The notes under the pieces were generated by a model, which worked only from the letters and a program-made list of their open reading frames with translations, had not been told where the DNA came from and searched no databases. The position numbers and the translations under genes are program-made. A stretch of 63,997 nucleotides of DNA, filler included, from Thraustochytrium aureum (taxonomy: Eukaryota), in NCBI GenBank assembly GCA_012862495.1. It is 8 parts of 6 records of this genome, joined end to end, with 100 filler letters (N's around TTAATTAATTAA, not from the genome) between each part and the next. Parts side by side here need not be neighbours in the genome. Positions count along the whole stretch, not along the records: positions 54,528 to 62,515 come from BLSG01000264.1; positions 62,616 to 63,997 come from BLSG01000278.1; 6 more parts are not named here. One strand, 5' to 3'. This document shows, piece after piece, positions 57,855 through 63,997 of this stretch; within the stretch, counting starts at the first letter, position 1; each line of letters opens with the position of its first letter.

Positions 57855-59278
57855 GGCGGCTGAGCGCTGCCCCGACTCGAGCCGCGACCAAGTCACAGCA
57901 GAAGCAGCTGCAGCGACAGAGCCAGCTGCTACTGCGGCGGCGGCGGCGGAACAGAGCAACGGAACGCGCCAGCGCTGGTACGCACAACCCCTCGCACAAC
58001 AGCCTGCGCCAGGGAGTGGAGGAGCGAGCAACCACCTCCACGACGACCTCGCGCCAGATCGACGGGCGTCTGCGCCGCGGGAGTCGCCAGCAATTCAACA
58101 ACGAAGAGTCCAGGAAGATCAAAAGGGAGAATGCACGAGTTGGGCCGCACCCGGCCTGATCGCCGCCGCGAGCCACGCGCCACGAGAGCGCCCGACAGGC
58201 CGCCTCGTCCGACCTCGGCTGTTCTGTCCGACCGCAAAGCGTACCTTGCGAATGGGTCCGCAAAAGGGTTCTGCTGCGCGAGGGCTGGGGAACTGTTGCT
58301 CGGCGCGCCTCTCCCGCGCAATTAGATAATGAAAACGTTTGAACGGATTTTAAAAGACCTGTTGAAAAAGGTTGAGTGGTGTGAGCTGGAAGGCGTACCG
58401 CAACCTGCAGTTTTAAGTGCCGGCGCTTTCGTCCGCCTTAAAAACGGTCTGTGGTGGCAAGCGTAGGAGTAAAGGAGTACCAGTAGGCTACTACAGCAAG
58501 GGTGTGAGTTTCATGCAAGTCGAGGTTGGCGTGGCCGGGCCCACTGGTGCCTTCACATGCTTCGCGCGGAAGTCGCTTGGGCCAACTGCTCGAGCTGATC
58601 CGCAGGTGATCGATCACCAGAAAGTCTGCCACGGACGCCTCGAGGCAACCCGCAAGGCGGTCATCTGTCATTGTCGGCGTCGTCTCGATTGCGTTCGCGC
58701 TCATGCTCTTTCACTTTGCTTTTGAGGTCGCACGTACGTACTCAGTAGAGGAACAACCCACCCAAATGGAGTATCAAGTTTGAGACAAGACGCTCGACCG
58801 CTTCGCCCCACACTTGGCAAGCAAGGGTCCTCTCCAGCGAGCGCACAGCGAGGCGTGCCTGTGGTTATGGTTCGTTCCGTCCACCTTTCAAGGTCGCGCC
58901 TCTTGGCGGAACTGGTGGCTGGGCACGCAGGCTTCGTCTGGTTTTCTCGAGCTAGCTCCACCAAGAGGTTGCTTGTTGCAACGTTTTCGATCCGCGCGTG
59001 ATCGATCGCCAACAAGTTTTGTCACGTCAGCATCGCAAGGCCATTCAACAATTATTCGTCAGGGTTTCAGCAGAGTTTTGGGCTGCTAGCACGGGGCTGG
59101 TCTGGAGGCTCTTCTGCTCGCGGCCTCCCTCGCGCGCAGCGGCGCCCCGTCACTGGCTGGCCGCCGAATCCTCAGCGTCTTTTTTCCTTTCTTTTTCCTG
59201 TAGACTTTTGAGCGTCGAGCGCCCTTCCACACTCGAGCGCGCTCGCTGCCTTGGAGAGACTCGCCGGTCGCGCCTGGT

Positions 59279-62200
59279 CTACAGCTCAGTAGCGATGGCG
59301 GGCGTGACGCCGGCGTGGTTGGCGATCTGGTCGCTTGCCCCAGCGCGGCGCAGCATGAAAAAGATGCGTTTGTGGCCGTAGAATTTGGCAAAGTGCATCG
59401 CCGTCTGCCCAGTCACATTCTGGAGGTCAGCGTCGATGCCCCGGTCGATCAGCATTTGGACGTAGTCGTCGTGGCCGTTCTGGACTGCGATGTGCAGCAG
59501 CGAGTTGCCTCGGTCGTCCACCTGGTTGATCGGGAACGCAGGGTTGTCCTCGTCGCCGTCCAAATACTTGAGTAGGTCCTCGCTGCGGTGCCAGCGGCAT
59601 CGAGAAAAAGCGGGATGTAGCCTGGGCCTTTCGTTCGAGCGGCGCGCGAGCCGGTTGCGAAAGCTCTCGTCGCCGTTCGTGCCGAGCAGCTGCCGCATGC
59701 GGAGCTTCCAGCGCATCAAGTACTGCACAGAACCCAAAGTGGTGGCGACCTGACGGTCGCGCTGGGTCTTTTCCAGCTCGTACCGCGCCAGCCACATTCC
59801 TAGAAACCCTGCCTCAAGCACGACGCTCACGCCGTGGCGCTCACAAAATGCGGGAGAGTTTTGCAGCTTGTCTATGAGCGAGTCGACGTGCGCGATTCGC
59901 GCCATGTTTTGGGCGAGCTCCTCGCGCATACTGAGCGTGGTCGCGTCGCAGCGATTTCGGAAACGGTTCGCTCCGCCTCGACTCTGCGCTCGGCCCACGC
60001 TGCCTCGAGGTCTCGGCGCGTCAACGATGCATGGCCGTCCAGGCGGTCTTGCTTGGCCAGCTTTGCTATCCCGAGCTGCGCCTTGTCCCAGAGTGCTGGA
60101 GACATGAGCCCGAACTGCAGGCCAGCGCACATAAAGTCGTCGCGCTGCACGACCTGATTGTTGGTCCCCATGGCGAGCGCGGCGCGGTACATCTGGCCCA
60201 CCTTGTGCTTGGACATCATGGGGTTGGCCGCGCGGGCCGTGGCCACGAACGCCTGAGAGGCCAGGGTCCCCTGCCCCTCGACATCGGCAGCGAGGAAGAG
60301 CGCGTGCAAGCGCGCCAGCAGCTCCAGCTTGGCCTGGGCCCAGCGCGTCAAGAGTGTGTCGAGGGCCACGTCGACGGGGACGACGCTGGTTTGTCCGCGC
60401 GCCATTTTCTTCGGGATGACGTACTGGCGATCGACGAGCGCGAGCGTCTGGCCGAACTTGCGGCCCACCTCATCCACGAGCGCCTCGACCGCGTCGTCCG
60501 ACTGCAAGAGCACCAGCGAGCTCTGCGCGACGCCGGCAAACGCGTCCAGCGGGGTGTATTGCCGGCCGTCCTCCTTGTCCTCGATCATGCTGCTTGCGGC
60601 GCGGCTCTGGCCGTCGTCGCGGTAGCAGAGCTGGCCGTACGCCTCCTCAAAGAAGGCTAGAGCCTCGGGGTCCCGTGCAACGGGGTTGTCGAGGGCGCTG
60701 GGGGCTCCGTCAGCGGCGTTGGCGCCCGATGGGTTTTGCCCGTGCGAGCCGGCGAGCTGGGCCGCGGCTTGCCCGCGGCCCCACTTGATCCCCACAAAGC
60801 GGCGGAATAGCTCGACCCAGTGACACGGCTCCTCCATCCAGCGGACGGTGTCGAGCAGGTCAAGGAGCTTGGTCTCCGAGACCTGGGGCATGCCGTACTT
60901 GACCACGAAAAAGTCGTAGAGCGACTTGCGAAACCCCGCCCTGACTTGTGACGCGCTCTTCCCGGCGGCCGCACCAGCCCAAGCGGGGACCCCGCGGACG
61001 ACTTGCAGCACCTCCCGGCCATCCCCAGCTCGTGCGGACTTGCGAGGCGACATGGGCTCGGTTGCGGCGTTGGAGGAGCGAACGCCGCGCGCCCGAAAGG
61101 ACGACGCGCTTTTCGGACTCGTCGCGGCCGCGGCGGCGACGGGAGCTGCTACCGAGGCCGCGCTTACCGCGGGCAAGATTTCCGTTGGCCGCCGAGCAGC
61201 GATTCGGTCGCGCTCGCGCGCCTGCGCGACGGCTTGTTGCCGAATCGTACGATCCTCGAGGTAGGCTTGGCTGATCAACTTGCGCAGTGTGCGGATCGCC
61301 ATCGTCTTGGGCTTGTAGCTCACGTTGACGCTGGTGAGGAGCTCTGCAAAGCTCAGTGGGATCGCTGGGTTGAGCCGCGTCTGCTCGATGTTCCTCTTGA
61401 GCGCCCAGCCGCCCCGAGACCGCAACCAGACCTTGGAGGCCACCGAGCCCGCGCTCTGCGCGACATAAAAGTCTTGCTCGTCGGCCTGCACGCACGCGTC
61501 GCGCGTGCGGCTGTAGACGTGCCCAAACAGATCGGCGTCCAACTCGCCCAGCGTCCGCAGCGCGCCGTCGAATGCGTCGCGCGCCTTTGCGAGTATCCCC
61601 TGCCGCCTTTGGTGGTCGCGTGCCTCTTGCGCCGAGCGCTGCCGTTCCTCGGCCTCCTTGACGAGGTCGCGCTCTGGGCTTTGGCGCGTTTCGAGCAGCT
61701 CGAGCATGCTTGCTGCCGGCGGAAGGTCGCTTTCTGGCTCGGCTGGCCGAGCCTCGCGACTCAATACTCCCGTTGCGACAGAGCGGCGCGCTTTCGGCTC
61801 GACAAAGACCTTGGCGGCCTCGACCTGCAGCTGGCGGTGCTTTCGCAGCTCTGCCTCGAGCCGCTTTTGTATTTTCTCGCGATCCTTGTCAGGGTTTTCG
61901 TTTCTTTGGCGAGGCGCGTGATGTTGCGCAGGAGGCGCCGGTTCATCAGCGTGACGGTCTTGCGCCGTATCTTCATCTCGCGGTCGCGGTTGCTGCGGAT
62001 CTCGTTCTCGAGCACAAGGACCTTCATCTTTTGGTAGTCGAGGCTCGCTTGCGTGACGCGCGTGGCGTGAACGAGGTGCTGCGATTCCTCGGCCAAGTTG
62101 ACCTTGACCACCTCGAGCAAGTGCCTGTAGGCGGCAAGGTTGTTCCGGAGGCCCTGGGCCAAGGCGTCTTTGGCCTTTATGAGCCGAGCCACCTCCTTGG

Positions 62201-62515
62201 TGCGCTTATCGCAGCTCTGCCTCCTTATTTCCGAGACGCCGTGGAAAAGGCGGACCAGTAGGGCCCAGAGGTTGGCCAGCGCCGTGCCGCTCCTGCGGTT
62301 GGAGGCGGTCACAAAGCGCACGAGTGCGTTCATTGCGACTGTGAGGATCGTGTACACGTGGGGAAAGTTGACCAGCTGGCCGTCAAGCTGCTCGAGCGCT
62401 TCCTCGAGCCATCCTTCCAGCTCGCGCGGCAGCGTGTCCTGCGCCTCGGCGAGGCGAGCGCTGCGTGCGTGCTCTTTCACGCTCGGCGCGTCCCTGACCA
62501 CTAGCGCGGCGGCAG
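59279..62515 (-). CDS. Large coiled-coil / EF-hand-like / C-terminal ankyrin-repeat protein (5' partial; frameshifts near 61830 and 59930)
   Basis: Three overlapping ORFs. LYDFFVVKYG..VELFRRFVG segment (possibly TSNAXIP1-like); LFLAADVEGQGTL (EF-like); ankyrins GNSLLHIAVQNG and GQTAMHFA. Confidence 0.65.
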
Positions 62516-62617
62516 NNNNNNNNNNNNNNNNNNNNNNNNNNNNNNNNNNNNNNNNNNNNTTAATTAATTAANNNNNNNNNNNNNNNNNNNNNNNNNNNNN
62601 NNNNNNNNNNNNNNNAG

Positions 62618-63997
62618 ACGGATATTCAGACGCCGCAGCTGCGCGAGCTGGCAGACTCTGGCGTGAGGCTCGGCAACTATTACACGCAGACGGTCTGCAG
62701 CCCGACGCGGACGAGCCTGATGACGGGCATGTTTCCGTTTCGGGTGGGCATGCAGCACTCGACAACGCTGCTTCCGGGCACCACCGCGCACCTCCCGCTT
62801 GGCGTGCCGACAATCGCCGAGTTGCTGCGAGCCAACTCGTACCGAACGCATATGATCGGCAAGTGGCACCTCGGGTACGCCAAGCGCGCGTACACGCCGG
62901 CGGGGCGGGGCTTTGAGCGCTTTTACGGATACCTGCAGGGCCAGGAGGACTACTTCAACAAGACGACCGGCAGCAATGTGGGCTCGGGCTACGACTTTTG
63001 GGAAAACCACGACCCGGTCCCAACAGAGGAGGGCACCGCCAAGTACAGCCTCGATCAGTACGCAGACAAGCTCGACGAGATGCTCCACGCCTACCTGGCC
63101 GACCAGACCTCGCTGGAGGAACGCGCCGCACGCCCCTTCTTCCTCTACATGTCTCACCAAACCGTGCACATCCCTTTGCAGGCGCGCAACGAGGACGAGC
63201 CCGCTTGCTCACACATCACCAACATCTGGCGACGCCGGTACTGCTCCATGCTCATCGAAATGGACAAGGGCATGGGCGAGATGGTGCAAAAGTTCAAGGA
63301 CGCTGGGCTGTGGAATAACACGATCATGCTCCTCACCACGGACAACGGAGGCATGACTTTCTGGGGCAAAACCGAGGACGGCACGCCTACCTGGCCCGCG
63401 TCAGTCGGGTCGAACTGGCCCCTTCGCGGCTCGAAATCCTCGCTCTTCGAGGGCGGCGTCCGCGGCACAGCCTTCATCACCGGCGGCGAGGCCGCGTTGC
63501 CCAAGCTCGCGCGCGGGACCACCTACAATGGGCTGATGCACGCCGTCGACCTCAACGCAATCGCGCTTGCGGCGGCTTTCGAATCAGTTGACGGCCAGCA
63601 GCCAAGCCCCGGCCATCGAAGCGCGGCCACAGATGGGATTAATCTCTTGCCGGCCATGATGGTCCCGAGCGAGGCCGGGGGCGCCGCGCTGCCCGCGCGA
63701 ACTGACGTGCCTATCAACATCAACTACAACGGCAAAAAGTACACGGCCATTCGGTTCGGTGAGTACAAGCTCATTGTGCGCACCCCGGTGCTTGTCGACT
63801 GCGACGGCTGGTTTCCGATCGGAGCAGGCGACCGCGAGGAGGCGCCTGCTCGCAAAGGCCCGTACATGCTCTTCCACATTGCCAGCGACCCGGACGAGCG
63901 CAACGACATTGCCGCAGCGAACCCGCGCGATGTCGCCTTCGGCCTCGACCTCATCAAGAACTACATGAGCTCCGGGTACCAGAGCCCGCAGCCCAAC
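62618..63997 (+). CDS. Arylsulfatase B-like S1 sulfatase (both ends partial)
   Basis: YYTQTVCSPTRTSLMTG (CxPxR formylglycine motif), GKWHLG, RGFERFYG, DNGG, NWPLRGSKSSLFEGG, DPDER. Confidence 0.92.

Noticed and set aside
58330..59270. Short ORFs between the gap-spanning gene and the ankyrin gene
   Set aside because: No motif or coding-like codon bias that I can support.
2325..61840. Numerous frameshifts suggesting programmed frameshifting or pseudogenes
   Set aside because: They are 1-nt indels, mostly at homopolymer runs, in otherwise intact conserved genes (PTGES2, CHDH, LPCAT and others). This is typical of pyrosequencing-type error.
14477..62615. Recurrent TTAATTAATTAA motif, and gene neighbourhoods that cross it
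   Set aside because: It is an artificial six-frame-stop linker between scaffolds. Genes on different sides (e.g. LPMO-GH5 and the GMC oxidoreductase, or the sulfatase and sulfotransferase) are not shown to be linked, so no cluster is claimed.

Overview
GC-rich, intron-poor eukaryotic draft sequence. It is most consistent with a flagellated stramenopile protist such as a labyrinthulomycete/thraustochytrid; this is inferred from gene content, not proven. The window is not one locus: eight scaffolds are joined by artificial 100-nt linkers (N44-TTAATTAATTAA-N44), and there are many internal N-gaps and single-base, mostly homopolymer, frameshift errors. About 25 protein-coding genes are recognisable, including MED1-like, HOOK, NSE2, PTGES2, FHA-WDR70, CFAP210, LPCAT, RRN3, tyrosine aminotransferase, choline dehydrogenase, a sulfatase and a sulfotransferase. 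Three items stand out. (1) A single ORF encodes tandem H2B-H2A-H3 histone folds, an arrangement described mainly in giant viruses, here on a scaffold with host genes. (2) A secreted AA15-type LPMO is fused to a bacterial-like GH5_2 cellulase and CBM1-like modules. (3) A putative pseudokinase-calcineurin-EF-hand fusion protein. All domain calls come from motif recognition by eye; no database searches were run.
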